DNA of 64,000 nt from the NCBI GenBank assembly GCA_963712025.1, contig CAVQGJ010000004.1, positions 49,836-113,835 on the forward strand, written 5' to 3'. The notes beneath the pieces were generated by a model, which was not told the origin of the DNA, did not search any database, and saw only the letters and a list, made by a program, of their open reading frames with translations. Origin of the DNA: an uncultured Verrucomicrobiae bacterium (GTDB lineage: Bacteria; Verrucomicrobiota; Verrucomicrobiia; Palsa-1439). Made by a program: the position numbers and the translations under genes. Of the stretch, positions 32,778-42,357 are shown one piece after another (within the stretch, counting starts at the first letter, position 1; each line of letters starts with the position of its first letter).

Positions 32778-33256
32778 CGCGGATCGCGATACGACACTGA
32801 ATCTGACGGAAATCCTGAGTGTGGAGCAAATCGTGCCGCGCCTCGCCGCCGCGGACCGCTGGGCGGTGATCGACCAGCTCATTGACGTCCTGGTGCGGAC
32901 GCACAAGATCCGCGCCGAAGACCGCGACACGGTGCGCAAAGCCGTCAAGGACCGCGAAACGAGCAAGAGCACGGGGATCGGCTACGGCATCGCCCTGCCC
33001 CACGCCAGCGTTGGGTGCATTCAGGATGTCGTCGCGGTGTTCGGACGCGTCACTCCGGGTGTCGATTTCCAGGCGCTCGACAACGAGCCGGTGACGATGT
33101 GTCTGTTGCTTCTCGCGCCCCAAGGACAGTTTCAGAAACATCTGTTGCTTCTCTCGACTGTCGCCCGGTTCCTGAGCAACAAGGAGAACCGCCAGAAGCT
33201 CGAAGCCTGCCCAGTCCGCCGAAGAAATCCTCGCCATCTTTCGTTCCGCGTCCTGA
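32770..33256 (+). CDS. ptsN: PTS IIA (nitrogen/fructose-type) protein (apparent frameshift near 33210)
   Basis: RETSKSTGIGYGIALPHA, FQALDNEPV; canonical end SAEEILAIFRSAS* lies in an adjacent frame. Confidence 0.85.
33212..33254 (+). repeat. 43-bp direct repeat, copy 1 (ptsN 3' end)
   Basis: cagtccgccgaagaaatcctcgccatctttcgttccgcgtcct, identical at 34523-34565. Confidence 0.95.
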
Positions 33257-33267
33257 GCAAACAGGGT

Positions 33268-33609
33268 TGTAGCCACGGCTCTGGGAGCCATGCCGCGTTC
33301 ATTGCCAAGCTGGTGTAGCCACGGCGCTCTGTCGCCGTGCCGCGTTCATTGCCAAGCTGGTGTAGCCACGGCTCTATGAGCCGTGCAGTCGTGCTCACCG
33401 CTCTGTCGCCGCGCTGCGTTCATTGCCAAGCTGGTGTAGCCACGGCTCTATGAGCCGTGCAGTCGTGCTCACCGCTCTGTCGCCGCGCTGCGTTCATTGC
33501 CAAGCTGGTGTAGCCACGGCGCTCTGTCGCCGTGCCGCGTTCATTGCCAAGCTGGTGTAGCCACGGCTCTATGAGCCGTGCAGTCGTGCTCACCGCTCTG
33601 TCGCCGCGC
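33268..33609 (+). repeat. Composite tandem array of six GTAG-REP-like units
   Basis: TGTAGCCA(C)GGC at 33268, 33314, 33361, 33435, 33509, 33556; periods 46/47/74/74/47; constant linker cgttcattgccaagctgg. Confidence 0.9.
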
Positions 33610-33755
33610 CATCTTGTTCGGCGCCGGTCTCCATCATCCGCATTGCAATGGAGACCTTCGGTCGAAAATGGTGCGGGGTCGGGAGACCCTCGCACAACAG
33701 GAGACAGTCGCATTTCGCGATTGTTCTTTCCCCTCGTTTGAGTCATTACTTCCAC

Positions 33756-34451
33756 ATGCCCGAGTCTGAAAACCCCAAGCTGGATGATTCGATCAAGCTC
33801 GCGATCCGAGACGAGGTCGAACGCCGCTTTGAGCATCCTCCTGACGCTTTCTCCAAGCGCGTCGAGGATGAAGTGAAACGCCGCGTCGCCGACAAAGAGA
33901 AATGGTATAGAGCGTACGCAATAATCGCATCACTTGCTCTCACTTCCATACTCTTTGTTTGGTACCACGCCACACTCGCCACAGTTGGCGAAAAAGTAGT
34001 TGAACAACTCGCCGAGAAGAGAGTGACCGAAGCTCGCGACCGGATAATGAAACTCGATACCGACGTTCAAGACCGCAGCCTCCGAGTGTCCAATCTCACA
34101 GAATCCGTCCAAGCCAACTACACCGTCTTCGCCAACCGTCTAGCCCAAATTAAGCAGCAGGACAATATCATTCTGATGGACGACCTCCCTAAAGTATTCG
34201 TAATCGAGACAGTCACCGCCTTGGTCAATGGAACCACAATCGTCTTGGAACACGACCCAATTCCGCAAACTGTAATCCTTTCAATCTCGAGCCCGCTTCT
34301 TCCGCTACCGTATTGGAGAGGCTCCCGCCTTGAAGGTCGCACCATTGATTTTACCAACAACCTTTCTGTCAACCCCTACAGCCTTACGAACGCACTCACG
34401 CATCATACTCTGACCGTCGAATATGTGAGGGCGTCCAAGACCGACCGCTAG
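33756..34451 (+). CDS. Hypothetical single-TM coiled-coil protein, lower GC than flanks
   Basis: 231-aa ORF MPESENPKLDDSIK..., TM AYAIIASLALTSILFVWY; no recognisable motif. Confidence 0.65.
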   Translation: MPESENPKLDDSIKLAIRDEVERRFEHPPDAFSKRVEDEVKRRVADKEKWYRAYAIIASLALTSILFVWYHATLATVGEKVVEQLAEKRVTEARDRIMKLDTDVQDRSLRVSNLTESVQANYTVFANRLAQIKQQDNIILMDDLPKVFVIETVTALVNGTTIVLEHDPIPQTVILSISSPLLPLPYWRGSRLEGRTIDFTNNLSVNPYSLTNALTHHTLTVEYVRASKTDR

Positions 34452-34522
34452 CACCCCACTTTCATCGCGCAGCAGGTTCCCCACCCCCCTCGCCTTCGCT
34501 CTCGCTCGGTTGGAAGCCCGCG

Positions 34523-34565
34523 CAGTCCGCCGAAGAAATCCTCGCCATCTTTCGTTCCGCGTCCT
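34523..34565 (+). repeat. 43-bp direct repeat, copy 2 (ptsN 3' end, followed by TAA and argS)
   Basis: Identical to 33212-33254. Confidence 0.95.
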
Positions 34566-34578
34566 AAGCTCCCCTCCC

Positions 34579-36339
34579 ATGCCATCCGCGCCTGACATCA
34601 TCGCCGATGCCGTCGAACGAGCTTTGCGCTCGGTTGTCGGCCCGGACCACGCGGGACCGGCTATGATCCGGCCCTGCGCCGACCCGAAGTTCGGGGATTA
34701 CCAGGCCAACGGCATTATGGCCGTCGCCAAACGCCTCAAGCAAAACCCGCGAGCCATCGCTGAAAAGGTCATCGCGCAACTCAAGGTCACCGGGGTCAGT
34801 GAGCCGCCAACGGTTGCCGGCGCCGGTTTCATCAATTTCCGGTTAAAACCCGGATTTGTCGCGGAGCACATCGCTGCCGCCGCGAAAGATGAACGCCTCG
34901 GCGTGCCGGCCGTGGCACAGCCAAAAACAGTCGTCATTGATTTCAGTTCCCCGAACGTCGCGAAACAGATGCACGTGGGCCATATCCGCTCGACGATCAT
35001 TGGCGATTGCCTCGCCCGCGTGATGCGGTTCCTCGGGCATCACGTTGTGACCGACAACCACATTGGCGATTGGGGCACGCAGTTCGGCATGCTCATTCTC
35101 GGCTGGAAGCGGTTTCGGGATGACGAGGCGCTGAAGAAGGACCCGCTTGCTGAGTTGGAACGGCTCTACAAGCTCGTTAACGGGCGAGAAGACTTGCGTG
35201 ACGATGCGAAGGCTGAATTGGTGAAACTGCAGCGAGGCGATGCGGAGAACACCGCCATTTGGAAGAGCTTCATCGACCTGTCCATGCAGGAGTTTGCGGA
35301 GACATACCGCCGTCTCGGGGTATCGTTCGATCACACGTACGGCGAGAGTTTCTACAACCCGCTGTTGAAAGACGTGGTGGAAGAATTGAAGCACCACAAC
35401 ATCGCCCGCGAAAGCGACGGCGCGATCTGCGTTTTCTTCGAGGACAACCAAGAACTAAGAACCGCCGCGCCGCTTCTCGTCCAAAAAGCTGATGGGGCGT
35501 TCTTGTATGGCACGACCGACATGGCGACCTTGAAGTACCGCATCGACCAGTGGCATCCCGACGAGATCATCTATGTAACTGATGCGCGCCAGCAATTGCA
35601 CTTTAAGCAGGTCTTTGCCGCGGCGCGGAAGTGGCTCAAGCCAGTCCCCGACCTGCGGCACGTGTATTTCGGCTCGATCCTCGGCGAAGACGGCAAGCCG
35701 CTCAAAACCCGCGAAGGCGCGCCCGTGAAACTCACCCAACTTCTCGATGAAGCCGAAGAGCGGGCGTTGGCGGTGGTCACGGAAAAGAATCCTGAGTTGG
35801 CCATCGACGCTCGCCAAGCAATCGCGCGGGCTGTCGGCATCGGGGCCATCAAATACGCCGACCTGTCGCAGAACCGGACGACCGACTACGTGTTCAGTTG
35901 GGCGAAGATGCTGGCGATGACGGGTAACACAGCCCCGTACATGCAATACGCCTATGTCCGCGTGCAAAGCATTTTCCGCAAGGCACGAGGGGAGGGCGAG
36001 GTTTACCCGCCGAAGGCGGCGCCAGAGGCGACCAGGGCTCCCGCCGAGCCGCGATCATCCCAGGTTTTGCTTGAGCACCCTGCCGAACTGGACCTCGCCA
36101 AGCACATCCTGCGGTTTCCGGAAACCCTGCACGCGGTCGCGGAGGACGACAAACCGAACTGGTTGACGAGCTATCTGTACGATCTCTCGAACAAGTTCAG
36201 CACGTTTTACGAGAACTGTCCCGTGTTGCAGTCCGAGGAACCGACGCGCTCCTCGCGGCTGGTGCTGTGTCGGCTGACAGCGGATGTCATCAAACGCGGG
36301 CTGAATCTTTTGGGCATCGACGTCATCGAACAGATGTGA
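34579..36339 (+). CDS. argS: Arginine--tRNA ligase
   Basis: FGDYQAN, IDFSSPNVAKQMHVGHIRSTIIGD, DNHIGDWGTQFG, LKTREG, GNTAPYMQYAYVR. Confidence 0.98.
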   Translation: MPSAPDIIADAVERALRSVVGPDHAGPAMIRPCADPKFGDYQANGIMAVAKRLKQNPRAIAEKVIAQLKVTGVSEPPTVAGAGFINFRLKPGFVAEHIAAAAKDERLGVPAVAQPKTVVIDFSSPNVAKQMHVGHIRSTIIGDCLARVMRFLGHHVVTDNHIGDWGTQFGMLILGWKRFRDDEALKKDPLAELERLYKLVNGREDLRDDAKAELVKLQRGDAENTAIWKSFIDLSMQEFAETYRRLGVSFDHTYGESFYNPLLKDVVEELKHHNIARESDGAICVFFEDNQELRTAAPLLVQKADGAFLYGTTDMATLKYRIDQWHPDEIIYVTDARQQLHFKQVFAAARKWLKPVPDLRHVYFGSILGEDGKPLKTREGAPVKLTQLLDEAEERALAVVTEKNPELAIDARQAIARAVGIGAIKYADLSQNRTTDYVFSWAKMLAMTGNTAPYMQYAYVRVQSIFRKARGEGEVYPPKAAPEATRAPAEPRSSQVLLEHPAELDLAKHILRFPETLHAVAEDDKPNWLTSYLYDLSNKFSTFYENCPVLQSEEPTRSSRLVLCRLTADVIKRGLNLLGIDVIEQM

Positions 36340-36377
36340 GAGTGGTGCAATCAGAAGCGATGATCAGCAAGAGGCCC

Positions 36378-36481
36378 TTCCCCTCACCTCAATCCTCTCC
36401 CCCAAGGGGAGAGGAGGACGCCTCGCCCCATCGGGGGAGAGGCCGGCCTCGCTGTCGTTTGCGGGGACGAGTGAGGGGGCC
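36378..36481. repeat. Intergenic REP-like inverted repeat (CCCTCACC...CTCTCCC/GGGAGAG family)
   Basis: cccctcacctcaatcctctccccc-aa-ggggagagga ... gggggagagg ... gtgaggggg. Confidence 0.6.
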
Positions 36482-36594
36482 TACTACGAAGGTGACCACT
36501 TTTTAGCACCAAGACGCTCGACAGGCTTGTCGGGGGCGATTAGGTTGGTAGCGGCAATGGCAAATGGCACGGTGTTTCAGAGGAGTAATTTACG

Positions 36595-37182
36595 ATGAGT
36601 GGCATTGACACCCTTCATGTATCGGATGAGGTCCAGTTCGGGAGGGACTGCGAAGCGACGCAAATCCCGAGCGGGGCGCGGATCGTGGTGCCCAAGGGCA
36701 CGCCTGCGTATGTGGGCCAGACGCTCGGCGGCAACGTCACGTTGCAGGTGTCCACGCTCGGCCTCGTGCAGGTGTCAGGACGCAATCTGGATGCACTGCT
36801 CAAGGACGGCGTGCCCGTCGTCGCGCCGGCGGCCGATTCGTCCGCCGCTGATGAGAAGCCCGCAGGCCCGGCCGACGAAAAGGCGATGTGGGAAGCCATG
36901 AAACAATGTTACGACCCCGAGATTCCCTGCAATGTTGTCGATCTGGGTTTGATTTACGACGTCAAGTCCACGCCCCTTCCCTCGTCGCGAAGCCGCGTGG
37001 ATGTGAAGATGACGCTCACCGCGATGGGTTGCGGCATGGGCCCGGCCATCGCCGCGCAAGTGCGCGACCGATTGCTCGATGTGCCGGGCGTCGAGGAAGC
37101 CAATGTCGATATCGTGTGGGACCCGCCCTGGAACCAGAGCATGATCACGGATGACGGGAAGAAGCGGCTCGGGCTCTGGTAA
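36595..37182 (+). CDS. sufT: Fe-S cluster assembly protein SufT-like (DUF59)
   Basis: QTLGGNVT N-domain, CYDPEIPCNVVDLGLIY, MTLTAMGCGMG, VWDPPW. Confidence 0.85.
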   Translation: MSGIDTLHVSDEVQFGRDCEATQIPSGARIVVPKGTPAYVGQTLGGNVTLQVSTLGLVQVSGRNLDALLKDGVPVVAPAADSSAADEKPAGPADEKAMWEAMKQCYDPEIPCNVVDLGLIYDVKSTPLPSSRSRVDVKMTLTAMGCGMGPAIAAQVRDRLLDVPGVEEANVDIVWDPPWNQSMITDDGKKRLGLW

Positions 37183-37276
37183 TTCGCTCGGTCCGCAAAT
37201 AGGCAAGATTCCTCGACCCTTCGACTTCGCTCACCGCAGGCAGGGCAAGCAAGCTCGGAATGACGCGCTTCGCGCG

Positions 37277-37630
37277 TCACCTCACGCGTTTGGCGTCGCC
37301 CCAGAGATCTTCGAGGCCGTAGCGTTGGCGGAGCTCGGGGTGGAAAATGTGAATCAGCACGTCATTATAATCCATGACGATCCAGCGGCTCGGGGGATAG
37401 CCGTCGCGGTGCAGCGGGCGGATTCCCTCGTCCCGCAGGCGGCGGGTGATTTCGTCGGCGATGGCCTTGAGATGCGGCTCGGAGGTGCCGGTGCAAATGA
37501 CGAAGAAGTCGGCCACATTCGAGATGCCGCGCACGTCCAGAATCATGGCGTCCTCGGCCTTCTTGTCGAGGGCGATGGTGCGGCAGAGTTTGGCAAGTTT
37601 TTCGGAGGCGAGCCCGCTAGTGGCCTTCAC
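37277..37630 (-). CDS. rsfS: Ribosome silencing factor
   Basis: ALDKKAED, VADFFVICTGTS, WIVMDYNDVLIHIF, YGLEDLWGDA; GTG start overlaps nadD stop. Confidence 0.93.
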   Translation of the reverse strand: MKATSGLASEKLAKLCRTIALDKKAEDAMILDVRGISNVADFFVICTGTSEPHLKAIADEITRRLRDEGIRPLHRDGYPPSRWIVMDYNDVLIHIFHPELRQRYGLEDLWGDAKRVR

Positions 37631-38240
37631 TGATAAAGCCGTGCCTCCGGATATATTCGGTAACCGCATCAGGTACAAGGTAGCGTATGGAGCGCCCGCT
37701 GGCAACTCGCGAACGAATTTCCCGCGAGGCGATGCCGCAGGAGTGTCCCCGCAACACATGCTGGCGGAGCCGTTTTCGTGAGGCTGCGTCGAGCCGTCGA
37801 TCCACCACCGGCCTGGCCTCGAAGCCCGGTCGGGGCACGGTGACGAACGTGCACAGCCTGACCACCCGTTGGGCCTCCCGCCACAGATGCAATTCGCCCA
37901 GTGAATCCGCGCCGATGATGAAATAGAAGTCGGCTTTCGGATCGCGCCGTCGCAGTTCCAGCAATGTGTCCACCGAGTACGATTTGCCGCCGCGTCGGAT
38001 TTCGATGTCGTCCGCTTCGAACCGGTCATTCCCGCGAATCGCCAACCGGATCATCTGCAGGCGGTCGCGCCCGCCGGCAAGCACCTCGGCCGTCTTGTGC
38101 GGTGGAGTCGCCGACGGGATGAATTTCACGCGATCCAGCGCCATCTGTTCCATGGCATCCTGCGCGATCAGGAGATGGCCGAGATGGATCGGGTTGAACG
38201 TTCCCCCGAGTATGCCGATTCGTTTGCGTTTGCCCGCCAT
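37617..38240 (-). CDS. nadD: Nicotinate-nucleotide adenylyltransferase
   Basis: GILGGTFNPIHLGHL, SYSVDTL, FIIGADS, IASREIR. Confidence 0.96.
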   Translation of the reverse strand: MAGKRKRIGILGGTFNPIHLGHLLIAQDAMEQMALDRVKFIPSATPPHKTAEVLAGGRDRLQMIRLAIRGNDRFEADDIEIRRGGKSYSVDTLLELRRRDPKADFYFIIGADSLGELHLWREAQRVVRLCTFVTVPRPGFEARPVVDRRLDAASRKRLRQHVLRGHSCGIASREIRSRVASGRSIRYLVPDAVTEYIRRHGFISEGH

Positions 38241-38360
38241 GATTGGGTTGACACTAATCAGAGCCGGCGCGGTTTCTCAAATCTTTTCATGACCGGCCTT
38301 TACCGTCCGGCGAGTTTTAGTTGGACAAAACGGTGCGGCGTTCGGAAACTGGCCCGTGAC

Positions 38361-39222
38361 ATGTCTTCCCGTGAGAACGTGACGATTGCGCCCGAGTGGC
38401 AGGAGTTGTTGCGCCAGCGCGGGCTGGTCAGTGTGGATGCCGTCTATCAACTGCGCGAAGGCACGATCCTCAAAGGAGGCGCGGCCACCGAACTGCGGCG
38501 CGTCGAGTTCCGCGACGAGAAACAGACGCGCGTGCTCTACATCAAGAAGTACTGGTATCCGACGTCCCGGTTGCGATGGAGCGGGTTTTATCGGGGGACG
38601 TACTTCGGGACATTTCCAAAGTGCGCCGCGAATATGAGAACCTGGCTCGACTTGCGGGCGTGGGGACTCGATGCCCCGTCGCCCGTGGCGTACGGCGAGG
38701 AACGACGCGGCGGTTGGCTGCACCGATCCTTTCTCATCAGCGAAGGCGTGCCCGCGCCGTTGTCGCTGGATCTGTTTATTCGCGAGATCCTGCCCACGAT
38801 TCCGCTGTCCGAGCGACGGCGACAGCGAGCAGAACTCGTGCGCGACGCTGGCCGATTACACCCGTCGAATGCATGAACATCGATTTGTGCATCACGATTA
38901 TTTTTGGCGAAATATTCTTCTGAGCGAACAGTCGTTGGGGCACTTCTTCCTGATCGACTCCCACAAGGGCCGCCCCTGGAAATCGTGGGGGGAATTGCCG
39001 GGCCGGGCAAAAGATTTGGCGACACTGGATTCACCCGCGCCGTGGTTTTTCCGGCGGAGCGAGCGGTTGCGATTTTTTCTCGCCTACCGCGGCCATTCGC
39101 GATTGACAACCGCCGACAAGGATCTGTTGCGGTTGGTGCTGAGGCTCGCCGAACCGATGCGGCCGGGACAACTCGACCGGGTCCGTCGGGCGCAACCGGT
39201 TACTGAACCGGGCAAGGAATAA
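38361..39222 (+). CDS. LPS kinase family (Kdo/WaaP/InaA-like), about three frameshifts
   Basis: LYIKKYWY, RREYENL, PSPVAYGE, MHEHRFVHHDYFWRNILL, FLIDSH spread over three frames. Confidence 0.8.
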
Positions 39223-39223
39223 T

Positions 39224-40269
39224 GTGAGCAATCAACAAAAAACTCCCTCGCTTTGGAAACGTGTTCCGCTACCGCCTGGAGGCTCTGATCCTGGAGTTGC
39301 TGGCGGTGACCGTTCCCCTGCTCTCGCGGAAAATGCTGGTTCGCATCGCGAACGCGGCCGGCTGGATCGCGTTTCATGTGGCGGCGAGCGAGCGGCGCAT
39401 CGCGCTGACCAATCTGGATATCGCCTTCGGCTCGACCAAATCCCCGGAGGAAAAGCGGCGGATCGCCCGCTCGGCGTTCCAGAATTTTGCCCGCAGTTTC
39501 CTCGGGCTGTTTTGGGCCAAACGACTCACTCCGGAAACACTCGACAAGATTGTCGAAATCGATCCCGATAATCTTGCGGATGGTCCAGGCGGCGCAAGCC
39601 CGTGGCAAAGGCATCATTTTTGTGACGTTCCATTTTGGCGAGTGGGAAATGCTTGGGGTGGCGACGGCGTTGTTTGGTTTTCCCATGACGATTGTGATGG
39701 AACAACTCCGCAACCCGCACCTGACCCGGATTTTCGAGCGTCTGCGCGGCCATGGAGTCAACCACATCATCCTGCAACGCCACGCGATGACCAAACTGCT
39801 CAAGACCCTGAAGCGCGGGGGGGGCGTCGCGTTGCTGATCGACCTGAACGCCGTGCCCAGCCGCGGCGGGATCTGGCTGGATTTCTTCGGGAAACCGGTG
39901 TTTGGGTTCTCCGGAGCGGCGGCGCTGGCCCGGCACACGGGCGCGGCGATTATTACCGCCGTGGGGCACCCGCTTCCGGACGGACGAATTCGCGCTGTCT
40001 ATGGATCCGAGATCCCGTGCGCGACCACGGGCGATGAGGAAGCGGATTTGCAGGTCACGAGCCAGCAATGTCTGCGGTTTTGCGAGGAGTTGATCCGGCG
40101 GGAACCCGAGTGTTGGTTATGGTTCTACCGGCGTTGGAAGTTTCGACCCACGGCGGAATCGGGGGATTTCCCCTATTACTCGCGCTGGATTGAGGAAGTC
40201 CGACCGGCCCGGGCACAAACCACCGATGCGACCCAAAGCCCCAGCGTCCCCCAGCAGAGCGGGCCGTAG
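39224..40269 (+). CDS. Lipid A lauroyl/acyltransferase (LpxL/HtrB family), frameshifted
   Basis: NLDIAF, TFHFGEWE, VALLIDLN, LDFFGKP, PECWLWFYRRWK. Confidence 0.85.
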
Positions 40270-41472
40270 GCCTGTGCGGCGCGGCTACTGGCGGGCCCCA
40301 ATGCCAGGATCGCGAAGAGAACGAGCGCCGCGCGCGCGACCTGTCGGGTTGGTTCGGCCACCCGGGCCGTTGCCACCGCGACCAGCGCGGCCAATGGCAG
40401 CAGCAGTAACATGAAATAGTGCGCCCACGAGACCGGCGGAATCAGCAGCATCCAAACCACGGCGGCTGACAGGACGTGAATCTCTCCGCGCGTGTTCGCC
40501 CGCCAGCCGACGACGAGAAGGATGGCCGCCATCACCACGCCGATGCCGATGCCGGCCCAGCGAGCCTGCGGATGGCCGGTCACCCTCGTCAGCACGGCGG
40601 ACAGGGATTGATTGCGCGGCAACTGCGAGCTGAGCAACTGGTCGTAGAGCGGGTTATCGGCGCGTTCCGACTCCGCTTCGAGGGCGGGTTTGCCGATCAC
40701 CTCCACCCACTCCCGCAGATAGTCGATGTTCCGTTGCCAGCCGAACACGGCGGCGGGAATGACGAATGCGCCGATTGCCGTGGCTGTCAGCGTGACCAAC
40801 ACAAACCGCCAGCGTTTCCGCCAGACGAAATAGGCCAGAAGGACCACGGGAAAAACTTTCAGCAGGATTCCACCGGCGAAACAAATGCCGCCACGCCAAT
40901 CCTGTCGCTTCCACCCGTAGAACAGTCCGGCGGTGACCAGCCACAACAACACCGGCGATGTCTGGCCGCGGGCGAGCGCGGACATCAATGGAAACAGCGC
41001 CAACAAGGGCGGAAGCGCGTAGAGTGCAAGCGGGTTTCCGTCGAAGTGTAGCGCGTCGGTCACGAGGGCCGCGCACATTTTGATTGTCCACGCCACGAGA
41101 AACACCGAGAGCGCGTACCACGCGAGGGCGGCCCAGAAAGTTGGTACCAGCGCGAACGGGACCATCAGAATCGCGAACAACGGCGGATAAATGTAATACC
41201 AGCCGCGGACGTTGTGCGCCTGATAAATGTCCGCGCCGGTCCACACCGCCTGCCCCGCCGCGGTGTCCACCGTAAAATCGTACCGATGGACGCGGGAGCC
41301 CCAATGTTTTCCAGCGATGGTGTACGGCCCCGCGCGATACACCGTGCTGATGCCGAGCGCGACGATCAAAACGAGGGCGGCTCCCAAAAGAAGCGGGCGG
41401 AGCCACTCCGGCCGCGAACGCGGAGCCGGTTGAACGGTGACGGGATTCGGGGCGGGAGAATGTGGCGTCATC
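40176..41472 (-). CDS. GT87/DUF2029 family membrane glycosyltransferase
   Basis: YIYPPLFA, LARGQ, ILLKVFP, SWAHY; many TM helices. Confidence 0.8.
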
Positions 41473-41592
41473 CTGCCGGCGGATTGTAAATCAAACGACC
41501 CCGTTGTCGAGTGCAACGGTGGAGGGTGTGAGGATGTCACCTACCCGCTTGACGGGGCGACACAGGGACAACTATTCTTGCTGTCCAGTGAT

Positions 41593-42240
41593 ATGACCAC
41601 GACCGGGCCCACAGCCGCTTATGCTGGACGCGTCAAGTACGACGACAAACAGTCGGGCAAGTACCAGCACCGCAAACCGCACAAACACAAGGCCGAGATG
41701 CGGTTGATCGACCGGGCCCTCAAGCGCATACCCAGGAACCATCGCGTTCTCGATGTCCCGTGCGGCGGCGGGCGGGTCATGGTCCATCTTGCCCGGAAGG
41801 GGTATTTCGCCAGCGGCGCGGATTTATCCGAGTCGATGATCGCGATTGCCCGGGAGAGCGTTTTTGAGGCGGGTTTGTCGTGCCATGTGGAGCGCCAGGA
41901 CCTGGAAAAGCTGACCTATGGCGATGGACATTTCGATACAATCGTGTGTTTCCGGTTGTTCCATCATTTCCCCAACGCGGAGATTCGGCAGCGGGTGATC
42001 ACCGAACTGTGCCGTGTGGCCGGCCAATTCGTGGTGCTCTCGTATTTCAGTCCCTACTCCGTGCAGTCGGTTCGTCGCAAGTTGAGCGGCAAGGACCCGG
42101 ACCGGTTTGCCACGTCACTGGCCGAGGTGGAAGGCTATTTCCGCCATGCGGGGTTCCGTCTCGTGGAGGATTTTGCCCAGATGCGGGTCCTGCACACGCT
42201 GCATCTGGCCGTGTTTGCGCGCCGCGAAGACAAGAAATGA
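41593..42240 (+). CDS. Class I SAM-dependent methyltransferase
   Basis: VLDVPCGGGR, GADLSESM, FDTIVCFRLFHH. Confidence 0.85.
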   Translation: MTTTGPTAAYAGRVKYDDKQSGKYQHRKPHKHKAEMRLIDRALKRIPRNHRVLDVPCGGGRVMVHLARKGYFASGADLSESMIAIARESVFEAGLSCHVERQDLEKLTYGDGHFDTIVCFRLFHHFPNAEIRQRVITELCRVAGQFVVLSYFSPYSVQSVRRKLSGKDPDRFATSLAEVEGYFRHAGFRLVEDFAQMRVLHTLHLAVFARREDKK

Positions 42241-42357
42241 CCGGATGCAGATGACGTCATTCGCTGTCATCACCGCAGAGACAAAGAGAACGGAGCCGGC
42301 GTCGCAGGCGGTAGTGCGCTTGACCGTGCTGTGACGAAGGCCTATTCTGCGCCGCAA

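Noticed and set aside
33268-33609. Second CRISPR array
   Set aside because: Intervening sequences are themselves repeated (two cassette types), there are no unique spacers, and no cas genes are adjacent.
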